The notes under the pieces were generated by a model, which was given only the letters and a program-made list of their open reading frames with translations, had not been told where the DNA came from and did no database searches. From contig NC_088854.1 of assembly GCF_963853765.1 (NCBI RefSeq), forward strand, positions 23,498,001-23,562,000: a DNA stretch of 64,000 nucleotides. The letters are read 5' to 3'. Made by a program: the position numbers and the translations under genes. Below, one piece after another: positions 38,434 through 51,296 of the stretch. Origin of the DNA: Magallana gigas. Taxonomy: Eukaryota. Within the stretch, counting starts at the first letter, position 1, and each line of letters opens with the position of its first letter.

Positions 38434-39414
38434 TAGAGTTTGAAGAATCCATATGATTCCATTTTCTGCGTAATTCCCTTAAAACCATAAATTGCAGAAA
38501 AAGGATTTAATAAATCAATTATGATGTCATAATGGTTCTAGCACGAAAAAGGCACCTTGGAATCATTTACTAGATCTTGATCTTAAGTACCATGCATTTC
38601 TTGCCAGTGCATATTAATTTGTTACATTAACTTTTTGTTTATAACTTTACATTTGATAAAGGAGATGTAACAATGCACAAGTGAATAATGGTATAGGGCA
38701 AAAATTGATCAATTACATTAGTATTGTATTCAAATTTAAACAGGTAAGATATTATCATTTTTAAATTCATTTAATGCAAATTTTCATATTTGTAGATTTT
38801 ATCCTAAATGAGTTGAACCTTCAGATGCTCATAGAATTAAGAAATATGCACCAACATTTCTCATTAGAAACTTAAGTACAATTTTTTGATAGCAATAAAA
38901 AAAACATGTCTGATGCAAATGGATATATATATAATAATTAATGAAAACATATCACATTATATGCTATTTGATCCTTACATATATATGTAAATCAGTGCAA
39001 AAATCTCCATGCAACATTAATTCTTTGACATGCATTATGAATCTCACTTTGCATAAACAAATGAAACATATGGGACTTTAAAGCAATAAATAACATGTTA
39101 AATTTGACTCCTTGATTTAAGTATCACTTGTCTGTTGCAGATCTAGTTATCAAACATTAAAGTTTTTGTACTGTTGTCAACAGAGCATGTCAAATGTTAT
39201 AAGAATTGCAATATAATAGCTATAAAATGACAATTCAGATGAAAAATTTCATACATGTATAAGATTTCCAGCCTTATAACTATGTATGCAGTAGAATATC
39301 ATAAAAAAGAGCACAGCAAAGTAATACTATTCCAATGATTTTATTTTCTACCATCTAATCTACAAATATAGCCTTATAAACCTTATGCATATCAATAAAA
39401 ATTTTATCGATATT

Positions 39415-39790
39415 AATTGTCTGCGGAGCGGGGACATAGAAATGCCGGGCGTGCTCCGTCCGTCACACTTTTTTGTAAGCGCTCTCATGCCTACAAATTT
39501 TGACGGATTTTCATTAAATTTATACCAAATGTTTATACCACTAATACTTTGGTCAAGTTCGAAACTCAGCATTGGTCGATACTTTTTGTTGGAGTTATGG
39601 GACTTTGACCACAATAATGACTCCGTTTTATCCAAAAATTGACCTTGTAAGCGTTCTCATGCCTACAAATTTTGACGGATTTTCATTAAATTTATACCAA
39701 ATGTTTATACCACTAATACCTTGGTCAAGTTCCTAAATCAGCCTTGGTCGATAGACTCGATACTAGTATACTGCTTGACCAGCGGGGGAC
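39415..39790 (+). mobile_element. HINE-like element with ccgtccgtc microsatellite and about 172-nt tandem unit
   Basis: Unit ttgtaagcg.tctcatgcctacaaattttgacgg... starts at 39473 and 39645. Confidence 0.65.
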
Positions 39791-39964
39791 CCAGGAATTC
39801 TATTCTTGTTTTTATTTAAGTTTGTAACAAATTAACATACTGTTGAATTTAATGATGTATATGTAACTATATATTTGATTATTCATATTAAGTTATCATT
39901 GAATTTCAGAAGCTCCTTTTGTGGTAAAAATCAATCACCAGTTCTGAATAACAATTTCACAAAA

Positions 39965-42900
39965 ATGGGTATGTATTTATCAAGAATTCATTTCTTTGAA
40001 TCTTAATTATGATTTTTAAAATCAGTGGTTGTGATTCTACATATTTATGTAGATATGAAATGGTTTGATTTTTCATGGCAGTTTGCTGTCTTTATTATAT
40101 ATATATTTTTCATCTACCAAATATTATTTCCTCTATTAATCTATAATTAATTGATAGCTCTATAGTAACAGCCAAACTGAAATCTACATGCCCCGTTTAT
40201 CGATTGGTCGAAATCAGTGCAGAGACTAAAACTGACAGGACTGAAATTGACATGCCCTGTTTATTGATTGGTCGAAGCCTGCAGCGACCTGAGAAAAATC
40301 ATAAACTGCGTGAAATAATCATGATGATGTCAGACCCAAAGTCTCACAGGAGACAATTTGGATGTTTCTTCTTTAGCTAACACACTTTTGTACATTAACA
40401 GTAATTTAGTAAATTTTACTAACTTTTCATAATTAATATATTAATTAGTTAAAAGAAAGATGTTAATATAAACTATAAAATGCTTTCTTTGATGATTCAC
40501 GTGGGTTGTGAAGGTATATAGCGATCATTGCAGAAAAAATTTACATGACCGGCTATCATTGGTGATGTATTTTTTATGCAATGTCGCTACCTTCATTTCC
40601 CGAATGAATCCCCAAAGAAAGCATTTTATTGTTCAAAATAATACATGTATATATATATACAGTAGTAATAAGTACTGGTGATAATTTTGCAATAATGATA
40701 AAGGTTTTATACACATGTATAAGCTATACTTTGCATTGGCTACAGTGTTGAGATTACCGGTATGTTACATGATCGATAACACATGTTTTCTTCATCATTT
40801 CTTTTCAGAGCGATCTCCCAGATACAGACACGTATGGATCATCATTATTTTATCCATCCTCATTTCTACCTTATTTTTCTTCACATCATACAAAGTAGAA
40901 ATCTTACCAAGGGATACAAATATCCCCATGCTTAGAGAAAACTCTCAAGATTGTCTTAGACCAAACATTCCATTGAACAACGGCAACCAGACTTATATCA
41001 ATGGAAAACAGACATTCCAAACACCTGTTGATTACCGGAAAGAAACAGCCAGAATTAGCCACAATGGAACACAAGCAGATGATCCGTACCTTGTGGAACT
41101 AATACGCAGATTCTGGATCAGGTCTCCTCCCACTGGACCATACAAATTTAAAAATAAAAAGACCGATTACTCCACCCATGGGCAGTCGGTCATTATTGAC
41201 AACACACTGAAGAATAAGGTAAGGTTCACTCAAGGAGACTTCAATAGTTGTAATGAAGTAGAAGTAGAAAGAACAAAATAGATATAAAATTCATTGTTAC
41301 CTGGTACTCGTATGTTAAACCGGCTTTTATTTTTATCTCCAATTTCTGAGAGGGTTCCAATTTATATATCCATTTTACTTGAAGTTGTTCATTAACAACT
41401 TGATACAGGAAATTTTATGTCTCACTGAAATCAGAGGTACTGATATTTGTAAATTAAAATTGTACTACAAATTAAAGTTTATAAATTTAGCAAAGCTCTG
41501 CTCCTTTGCTACTTGAGTTTTCTTGACATTATGATTGACAAAAATTGAAGGTTATATTATCAACAAAATAAAGTTAAGGTTCATCTTGAACCATAAATGT
41601 GGTGATGGACCTTTGGCAAGTTTTTTATGCCATGCACACCATGAAATGGCTGTGGCGCATATGGTGTTATCCTGTTCAGTTATTCTGTCATTCTGTCATC
41701 ATTCACTTTCCGATCATTATCTCAACAATCTTTGCACACATTCGTCTCAAATTTGATACATGGATGTGTTATATAAATGTAAAGGTTGAGTTTGAATTTG
41801 GTTCAGCTCCAATGATTTTTTACAGAGTTATGCCTCTTGAACGTAGAAAAAATAAAAAATTCACTTTCTGATCATTATCTCAACCTTTGCGCATATTCAA
41901 TTCAAATTTGATGTTTATATGAATATATAGGTTGAGTTTGAATTTGGTCTAATGGTTTTTGGCAGAGTTATGCCTCTTGAACTTTGAAAAAAAATCAGAA
42001 ATTCTCAGTTTCTGCTCTCTAACTTTTGAAGGGATGCATATATAAAGCTGATATTTCACAAGTAGCTTATTTACTAGAAAATACAAATCAAGTTCAAAGG
42101 ACCACCGGGTATATATGGTTTGAGCCTAAAAAGGCCCCCTTAAATGAACATTGTCATTTTACTATATAATTACTATATAATTCTTTGTTTATTATTTGAA
42201 CAATATCATTTGAATTTTTTTTCATAATTTTCATTTTGATTTTGACAATTTAAAAATATGACATCATAAAGTTTACCTTTTCCCGCCATCTTCACATTTT
42301 TATCATAAAACGGCTTGTTTTGAAGCAATTTTTCTTCAAGGAAACATTGAGCGACTGCTTGAACAAACAAAATATTTTCACCAAAGATGTATATATCTTT
42401 CCAGTACTTATAAGTGACAAAAAATTCATTCTTGTTCAAAGAGTCGCTCTATATTTCCGATTCGAAAAAAGATAAGAAAAATGTCAATTTTTGACTGATT
42501 TTGATTGAATTATAAAAATAGCGTCACTTCTGACGTCATATACTGCCAGTGAGTGCATATAAATCAAATAAATAGGTGAAAAACATATTTTATGTCAACT
42601 CTTTTATAAAATAACACAACAAATTAATGTACCTGAATCACTTTAAAATTAGGGTATTATGGGTGCCAAATTTGACTAATATCATATATAGTTCTTTGGT
42701 TCTGGTTCATTTATTTTTTTATGCCCCCACCATGAAATGGATCATACACTTTCCAATCATTATCTTGACAAGATTATATTTCATATCTGTCACTCACATA
42801 TTTTCATGTCTATTTGCCCTCACTGCGAGTGCGCCATTACACTACTTTTTATCAAAATCAACCTCTTCATGTCTGACATTTCTAGTTTAGTTGAACATAA

Positions 42901-44588
42901 GAAAGTTAAGTAATTTTCAGGGATATATTCTGAAATCTGATGAAATCAAACAAATGTTTGCATTTTAAATTTTGGCTGCCTGCGGGGGCATTTGTGGCGT
43001 TACGACACAATTAGATTTTCATAAAGTTAGACTTCATTTGTGACTTATTTAAAACAATTGACTCTGTACTAGGAATAAGGTCAGTGGATTTGTAGAAAGA
43101 TAAAAAGAATTTTTACACAATTTTTCATGAAACTTGATAATTGGTTACTTTTCCAAACAGCGCAACCTATGATTGAATATTTATCAAACTTTACAGATGA
43201 CTGTTTTATTTATGCACAATATTTTTTAAATTGAATTGCTGGATGAAATGTAAATGTCTGCTTTTAACAATAGGAAGGTGGATTTTATGTGGAGTGTGGA
43301 GCATGTGATGGGGAATTCCAATCAAACACTCTTTACCTTGAATTAAAGAGGAATTGGACAGGACTTTTGATTGAGCCAAATAGAAAAAACTACCAACAAC
43401 TCTTAAAAACCAACAGAAGGGCCTTTTATATCAATGCTTGTTTAAGTCCTTATAACCATCCTGCTGTGGTAAATATGATTAAAAATTCTCGAGTTGTTTT
43501 GATGTGTTGCAACAGGAATCAGATTTTATCCAATTTGTTCATGTTGATCATTATCAATATTTAACTTTGAATTGACATTAGCTTCTTTTTTTGGAAAAAA
43601 ATTGAAATCTATGAAAATTGCTCCGGCTTACTTTGCTAATACATGTACCGGTACTTCTTTCTTTGTATTTCTTTAATATATATGTTGAAGCTGAAAATTT
43701 TCAAAATGTATATCTCCAGTGTTAATGTCTTATATATTGGCATTTCAAATGGTCAGCAAAAATTTGAACATTAGTTTTTGAGTAGTAACCAAGTTAAATG
43801 CAGTGCTCTCAATTATTTTAGTAAACAAGGCTCTTCCAGGTTGTTGAATGGAAAATGCCATATTCAAAACAAAATAAGAAGTGACAACACTAGAAACTGA
43901 TTACTTATCTTTAAATTATAACTTGAAATTAGAAAAAGCCAATACAGTTGGGGGTATTATTTTTCTATACATACACACACACACACACACACACGCCAAA
44001 CTCTCTCTGTAGTCATTAAATCTGAGCATTCATCACATTAATGCTTTTGATACCATAGTATAATTATGTGTACATAATTTATGCACACATACTGTACTTC
44101 CTCAATTTTATACCTATATAATGAGGTGAACTGACACATTGTTTACATACTGGCAAACATGAACAAAATGTTAAATCTTGTTTTTAAGGAAGACTTCACA
44201 TGTGTGAGATTTTTATTATTTCACCTATCATATGCTTTAATTTAAATCGTAGTTGAAGTTCAAAGAAGATTGGGCAATTGGGCACTTAATGGAACAAAAC
44301 CCAGGAGGCAGCAAAACAGTTGATGTCCAGTGCTTCCCATTCTATTCCATTCTCTTGGCCCTAAACATCAAGCACATAGATGTGTTTAGTTTGGATGTTG
44401 AAGGAGCAGAGGTTTCAATTCTAGAAACTGTTCCATTTGACAAAGTGGATATTAGCATGCTAAATGTGGAATACCAGCATGTCAAAGGTGGTTCTGATTT
44501 CCTTCAAACGTACACGGAAAGCAAAGGCTACGTTACTGTACAGAAGGTTTTCAGGGATCTGATAGTGAAAAAAAAAGGACTTGACTGA
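39965..44588 (+). CDS. Star-like type II membrane protein, FkbM/Methyltransf_21 family, about 314 aa
   Basis: Exons 39965-39968 (ATGG|gtatgt, inferred start), 40809-41218 (ERSPRYRH, then TM WIIIILSILISTLFFF; ...DDPYLVELIRRFWI...YSTHGQS), 43274-43468 (GGFYVECGACDGEFQSNTLYLE...WTGLLIEPN) and 44253-44588 (VQCFPFYSILLAL...DVFSLDVEGAE). Confidence 0.85.
41620..42085 (+). mobile_element. HINE-like element with ctgtcatt microsatellite and about 158-nt tandem unit
   Basis: cacttt(c)cgatcattatctcaac...gagttatgcctcttgaac is repeated (about 41704 and 41862). Confidence 0.55.
43972..43994. repeat. (CA)n microsatellite
   Basis: Directly visible. Confidence 0.9.
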
Positions 44589-45506
44589 CATTTTTTTTTA
44601 GCAAGTTTAAAATTTTGAACACGGGTTTACATTGAAGGGAATAAAATTTTTATGATGATAGATAATTTCTAGGATACAGTGTACATGTTCTGTAAACATG
44701 CTTTATATTTATAGCAGTAATGAAATAATATAGCATTTTGCAAGCTGCTTCTTTTCCTCTTAAACATATACACAGTATATTATGTACGAAAGAAATTATA
44801 TGAACGTTTATAAATATGCTTTTTATTGTATACCTTTTTTTTGTACCTGTATATGGTAAATATTATATTTGTTGAATCTGATAAATTAACAAATGTTTCA
44901 AAAATGTAAGGTTTCTTTTGCATGATCAAATCACACCTACCTTCCAGGGACATAGATCATAACAACTCTGTCAACAGGCAACATTATCCGACTAATCCGT
45001 GAACAGTTGATTTTTACCCCCCAAAAATTGAACATGAAATTTATTGGTACCACTAAACATATGACTTTATTGTTGACATTTAGATTAAATAATATTAGGC
45101 CACACCAAAATAATTCCTTGTTCGTCGGATATCCAGTGAAAAAAGATATGAGCGGGTGAGCCAAAATTTTTAGGCGGTACATATAAAAATTAGTGCGCAC
45201 AGTTATATTTTTTCTTCTTGTTCCTGATCTATAAATTAAAACTATCTAAAATGCAAAAAGTAGAGCAATAATAGAACAGAAAATGGTGCAGAATTTTCTG
45301 GATGCGGGAAATTAAAAATAATATTATTTGTATAGTTTTATTTAAATACGAGCGCACGGGTTCCGACGAACAAGAAATAATATTGATTTGCCTAACATGA
45401 TAACTATTTCATGCTTGCTAGTGCTACATTGAAAATCTTTATCCTTCAATATTGTTATGATCAACAATTTTTTATTATATATTCAATTTTGATTTCCAAT
45501 GCCTTC

Positions 45507-45996
45507 TAGGGATGGGACGATGCACCAGTGCATCACGGTATTTATTTTGACGATATTTGGATCGATACATTTACCATTAATACAACGATACTTAAGCGAA
45601 CTTTTTTTTATTTTCCAAAAATATCCGAGCTTCATATATCGGCTATTTTTAGTCTGTGCGCCTAATATGAAAGTACAAAGTTGGCGGAAAACCTCGTAAA
45701 GTTGTCAAAACTGTTAGGAATATAAATCTGGAGTGTGGACAACTTTTGGATTACTTGTTTATGAAAAAGTAGTGTATATGAGACTTGAGTAATTTGTAAA
45801 TAGTGCAACGCTCATTTTATATATATCAAAATAACATTGGACATGCGGTAATTATAATACATCGTCAGATTGAATAAATTTTTAACCCTAATTCATGTTT
45901 TTATTTAGTTGCAATGTATCGTGATATATATTGTATCGCATCTCATGTATCGCGATATGTACCGAATCGGCTAAGTACAGAATCGTCCCAGCCCTA
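45507..45996. mobile_element. hAT-type MITE
   Basis: TIR TAGGG(A/C)TGGGACGAT; 8-bp TSD ATGCCTTC at 45499-45506 and 45997-46004. Confidence 0.9.
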
Positions 45997-46479
45997 ATGC
46001 CTTCATTAACATGTTATTTATTTTGTTTGTGCTGATTTTAAATTTTGAATGTACTCAATTATGAATGTTATGCAACTTCTGTATAAGAATTTTTTACTTA
46101 ATAGATTTTATGAAAGAATTTCATTGTTGTTTTTTGTTTATTTTTAAAGCATGTGGCAACAGGAGTGGGGAAAACTCCTTAACTGATGAATTATCAAAGG
46201 AAGTCAACATTTGTATATAGATAACAAACACAATGCACCCGATGTTACTTTTTAAACTGGAAGCTACACAGTACCTAAGGATGCTTCCAAAAATTTACAG
46301 CTTTTCTGTTAAATTGGTTTTTGAGAAAAATATTTTTTCTCTATATACCCCTTTAAAAAAATTGATCCCCCCCCCCAAGTTGAGGCCCCACCCTACCCCT
46401 GGCACTTGAGCTCAGGTCAGCTGAAAAACTGAACTTCATATATTTTACAGCGATTGATAAACAAGTTCTACAACTTGTA

Positions 46480-46570
46480 TTAATATCTCGTTGGCACGGA
46501 TGTTAGCACGAGGGGGTCATTGGTGTGGGAAGAAGCCGGAGTACCCGGAGAGAACCCACGTGTCCAAGCA
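46480..46570 (-). mobile_element. SINE core fragment (V/Meta-type)
   Basis: Minus strand gtgggttctctccgggtactccggcttcttcccac resembles the conserved V/Meta SINE core as recalled. Confidence 0.45.
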
Positions 46571-46637
46571 TCAGGTGAGCTAAAAACATAAAAGACAAAA
46601 AGCTGGGCAAGCAGAGTTTATTTGTATAGTGATACAC

Positions 46638-49600
46638 TTATTCATCATCCTCGGCCTCCAACTGTTTGAGATAGGCAACCTTCTTCTGCTTAACACGGTC
46701 CTTCCTCTGTTTAATAGAGATCTTAGCCCGGTTCCATCTGTTAACAAAAATACACACACATAAAGTGTTGGATATAAAAGCACAGTAGGTGCAAGTTATA
46801 TGTTTAATAGGTAAGTATTAATACCCAACCCTATCCCTCCCAAATCCTGCACTATGGCCAAAGAAATTTCATAATTGCCATACTCCTGCACTTGATAAAA
46901 AAACTTGTCCAAAATATTTTATTTATTCTCAAAACTCTCAATTTTACTATATTTATATGATTGTCAACTGTGATGTACAATTCTGTAACATTTATGATTT
47001 TTTCTACAACAAAACTCTTCTATAAGTCTCTTGCAAAATTTTGTGGTTTATCACTGGGGAAATTGATTCTCTAAATTTAACAAACATGGCTTATAAATGT
47101 TGGGAATTCTCCCACTAACCAGTGGTGTAAAGTTAGCAACAAGTAAGCTAACCATGAGATGGAAAAACAACCGTCTTACCTCTTGACCTTGACATCCTTC
47201 TTATCTTTCTTTGCTTTTGGTGATGGGTCAGCTCTAATAGCAGCATGGCATTTTTTGTACATGGCCTCCAACTGAAATGATGAGAAGGACTTAAATATGC
47301 TATTTATTAATTCACATCATGATATATTTTAATGTTTTTGTCACTGTACAAGTCTACAAAACTTATTCTTTGTAAAGAATAAATCAACATCCGATAGATA
47401 AGTACAAAATACTTTAATTAGTACAGGCTAACTGGATGCCACAAGACATTAAATAAAAAATTTGGACCCTTATTATATAAAGCATGGCCATCACAACACA
47501 TACATTGTCAGCTGTTATTTTATTTTTGATGAATTGGGAGAACTGCTTCTTGAATGCATCTTCGTCCTCATCTTGAAGGGACCTCATGTAGTTGGCAACA
47601 TGTTGGCCAAAGATGTGGTTTCTGTGGACCTCAGCACTGAATTCTCCATTCTCGCTGTCATAACCAGGGAATCTCTTGGTACTGTGGAAGAAAGCAATTG
47701 TTCATTATTACAACAATTCATTACACTCAGAAAATCTGATATATCAATGAATGCTCTTATTATAATACAGGCATTTTACTTCAATCTGAGCACGATTAAG
47801 CAAATGGAAAATAATCTACGGTCTACGGTCTTAAACTGGTTATAAAGAGATCCGCTATGACCTTCACATTGACCGTGAAGTATGAGCCGATTGAAGCAAA
47901 GGGAGAGAAGATATGCTTCAGACAAGGATTTTTCATAAGTCTGACCAAGAAACATGGTTTAATGTCACTGAACACCCTTTACTCAAAGGCACTCTGTGGG
48001 CGAAGTATGAGCCAGATTGAGCCAGGGGAGAGAAGACAAACTATAGACAAGCGATCTCAGAAGGACAGTCGGTTGGAAAGACAGACCGATCACTATAGGG
48101 CGCCCGCAGACAAGGCCCTAATTAAACTAGCATTTCCTATTGTGTTTTCTTTAAATACTAATACAATACTTAATATAACATTGTGAATTCCGTCATCTTT
48201 AAGTTCACTTAAAAATTTAAAATACTATAATACAGTTCAGTCATTCCTTTGCTTAGAAATTTCATATCAATTATATGTAAATTTTCAGATTCATCTAATT
48301 CATCCTATAACAATGTAAAATACAGTATGCCAAAAGTATCCAAGATTTGGTGTCTGGTTCAACCCTATTCAAATTTTAAATGTTGTCCATAACAAAGCTC
48401 TATTAACCTGTGTGGGATATCTAGTCCACCATCGGCAGCACCTTTCATGGCTCCAAACACACGAGCACCTTTAAGACAAACACAAGGAATCATAAAATAA
48501 TGTATCCTAGGCAGACATTACAACTGGCACAACATATTATAAGGCAATAGAAGTTTTCAAATTTTAACTCCAATATACATGTAGTACCTGTGGTTGTGCG
48601 CACGAGACCAACGTCCAAGTAGCACCTGAATGCACCTGGTTTTTCATCTACATCCTCAACATTGAACTGTTCTCCGTCAACTTCCTTCTGTCCCTCATAG
48701 ATGTCATCCAACTTCAGTTTTTGTAGAAGCTGGGGGAACAAAGCAACATTGCAGCATTAAATTGCACAAGTATCCTAGCCATAAAATAATTAATTTTTAT
48801 TTTTCCATAATGAATTTTTCCAAGATATCTTAAAATTATTAAGATTGTTAATATTGTCAGCACCAATAATTGGGTTTGATTACCATAAAAATAAGTGCAA
48901 GTTAAAGGATACTAAAATCTTGAAAACTATATCGACAGTCAATAAAACATCACAACACTACAAATATATCCAATGGCCGTAGGCTTTCGATTCCATTTAA
49001 TAAATAACAACAAAACCCTGAGAGCCTTATTGATGTCTGCTACAGGTGTTCATTCATTCCAACCAGTATTAAACATATGTACTTACTCTTCTGGCTAACA
49101 GGAGTCCAGTACAGTAGGCAGCTGCATAGTTAGTAAGCCCGACCTTGACACCGTATCGAGGCAGCTCATGGGAATAAGCAGCACAGATAATAATATCCCC
49201 CTCAATACGAGCGTACGCTATCTGAAAACAGAGGTGGATTTTACCATTTTGATTTCTCATACAATAACCAAAACATAAGTAGAATATTATAATAAAGACT
49301 GGGCTGAACTGAAAGAAATTCATTGCAATGAATATTTTACTAAATAACTCATTTTTATGCATTACTTATTTACTACCTTGTTTTTTGAGGGCATGTATAA
49401 AGAGTTTTTAATAAGAGGATGGAATATTTAATTTCATTTTATTGCATAATATATACTATATAAATTAAACTAATTTTCTTGAAGTAAAGTTGTTCCTATA
49501 CAAACCTGACAAATGATGTCTTTGTTGGTAAATCTAACAATCATTCGATACTTTGGAGTGTTGTACTTATTTTTCTCTTGAATAACAAGGCGTTTTCTTG

Positions 49601-50668
49601 CAAAAAAATCTGTCTTGCCCTCTGAAAAAAATCAATGCATTTTCTTTATAGCAATGCATACAAACACACCTGAAGAAACAGTCAGTTTATGATTCAATCT
49701 TTAACAATAATAAATGGAACAAAATTTTCTTCCCTTAATCTTCATTTTTGAAGAAATATAAAACTCATTATTAAATTGATTATATTTTACCTCTCCTCCT
49801 CCTGAACTTGACTTGAAAACGCTTGAAATAAGCTTTGTTCTTGACAACTTTAACAAATCCCTAAAAAAGAACATAACATATTAAGTTCTGTAAATAATAT
49901 ATGGAAAAAAAATTGTTTAGGTGATTATTGTGCTCATCATCAGCCAGTAAAATAGACATCACTTGCATCAGTAGTCTAACATGTATTATTACCATCATTT
50001 TTGAGCACAACCAATACACAAAATTGTTAATAAGAAAATATATAAAATAATGGCAATATAGTTAGCCTACCAGTGTAGCTAGCAAAATTGTTTTGAGCAA
50101 CTGGTCTTTGAATAAAGCCGGTCATCCAATGAGAGTTTCAATGACTGCCCATCATGGGCAAATACTTAAAATAGCATTGAATCATTTCACGATAAACTCC
50201 ACCATTAATCTTTTTATGCAAGTAGGTCCCCCCCCCCTCCCCTTTCCACTGAACAGGACGTTCTGTCCTAAAGAAAGTTTGTCCTACAACCGGTTTGGCT
50301 CGTTCAAAGAGTTAATTGTTCACCACCACTCCCCCCCCCCCCCCCCCCCCAATCACTTTTCCACCCAACAGGTACTGACGGCCGAATATCATCGAATGAC
50401 AACTGAAAAAAATGTGTCTTAAACAGGAGTTCCCCCCATTAAGAGACCATAAAAAGACTTTTATGCTTTGAACGTTCATAAATTACACCGAGAACTGTCC
50501 AGTAAATGATGTTTTTTCACGTGTCATTCCACATATTCAAACGATCCCTAGTTCAATCTTATGTCATCCGCTTTTATATTTCACATTCACATTTATTATA
50601 ACAACACAAAAGCTAGGGGAATTAATGAGGAAGCCAATAAAACAAGAAAGTTTGTGCTAACTGACCAT
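46638..50668 (-). CDS. RPL5: 60S ribosomal protein L5 (uL18), 9 coding exons, 298 aa
   Basis: Exons 50668-50666 (ATG|gtcagt), 49860-49791 ([23 protein letters not shown]), 49621-49506, 49221-49087 (IAYARIEGD...[18 protein letters not shown]), 48729-48588, 48468-48408, 47681-47504, 47271-47180 and 46737-46638; 897 nt in total. AATAAA at 46622-46617. Confidence 0.98.
49928..50010 (-). ncRNA. Intronic box C/D snoRNA, SNORD104/snR58-like
   Basis: 9-bp terminal stem TTGTGCTCA/TGAGCACAA; box C ATGATGG (49998-49992), D' CTGA (49971-49968), C' GTGATGT (49962-49956), D CTGA (49943-49940). The D' guide ACATGTTAGACT is complementary to 28S rRNA AGUCUAACAUGU. Confidence 0.85.
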
Positions 50669-50735
50669 TTTGAGGTAGTATTGAAGTCCGAAACTTCACT
50701 ACCAACGATAGCTTCGGTTTTGGGGCTCACTTATA

Positions 50736-50756
50736 GCCGGAAAAGGAAGTAGAAGG
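50736..50756 (-). promoter_or_regulatory. TCT initiator / 5'-TOP tract at the RPL5 transcription start
   Basis: Minus strand ccttctaCTTCCTTTTCCggc about 70-80 nt upstream of the ATG, typical of ribosomal protein genes. Confidence 0.75.
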
Positions 50757-51296
50757 TTTAGAGCTGTCTTACTATGGATGGGTTTTTTTTTACTATCGCA
50801 ATCTAAATATCTAAAACTACATAGTTATTACAAATCAATTCCATGCATTTAAAAGTAACCAATTATTTGTTGTTCCTATCGTTTTTTCTCGGAAAGATTC
50901 ATCATTATGATCATTAAAAGAAATACGAAATAGTTGCGGGACGATAAGCAAAATCCTATTTACCAATTTCATCCAATGAAAAGAAGCGGCGGCTAGCAGA
51001 ATACATTTTTGTTTACAAAAAGTATTTACTAAATGGTGCAAGATGACAAATATTTGACAGCAACTTATTTAAGCTTATGGCCAATTAGTAACAGAAGTTG
51101 ATTTACTCTACGTAGACAACATTCGATATGCTCTGATTTTATTTTGCATTAAAAGTGATAAGCGATGCGAGCCCAGTCATGTTTTGGTAAGGCATGGGTT
51201 AATTTGAATATAAACAATACCCCTTGCTTCCTGCCAAAATGGTATTTCATGATTTGATAGATGTCCAATTAGACAATATTATTCATTTTGGTGACC

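Noticed and set aside
40715-40808. ATG at 40715 as start of the Star-like protein
   Set aside because: The segment reads like intron ending in a strong cttttcag acceptor; the upstream ATGG|gtatgt exon fits the phase.
48230-48310. Second C/D snoRNA in an RPL5 intron (two CTGA on minus)
   Set aside because: No convincing box C or terminal stem, and no recognisable rRNA complementarity.
48857-48953. GTGATGT...CTGA pair in an RPL5 intron
   Set aside because: No closing stem, no clear D'/C' and no identifiable guide; expected by chance in AT-rich DNA.
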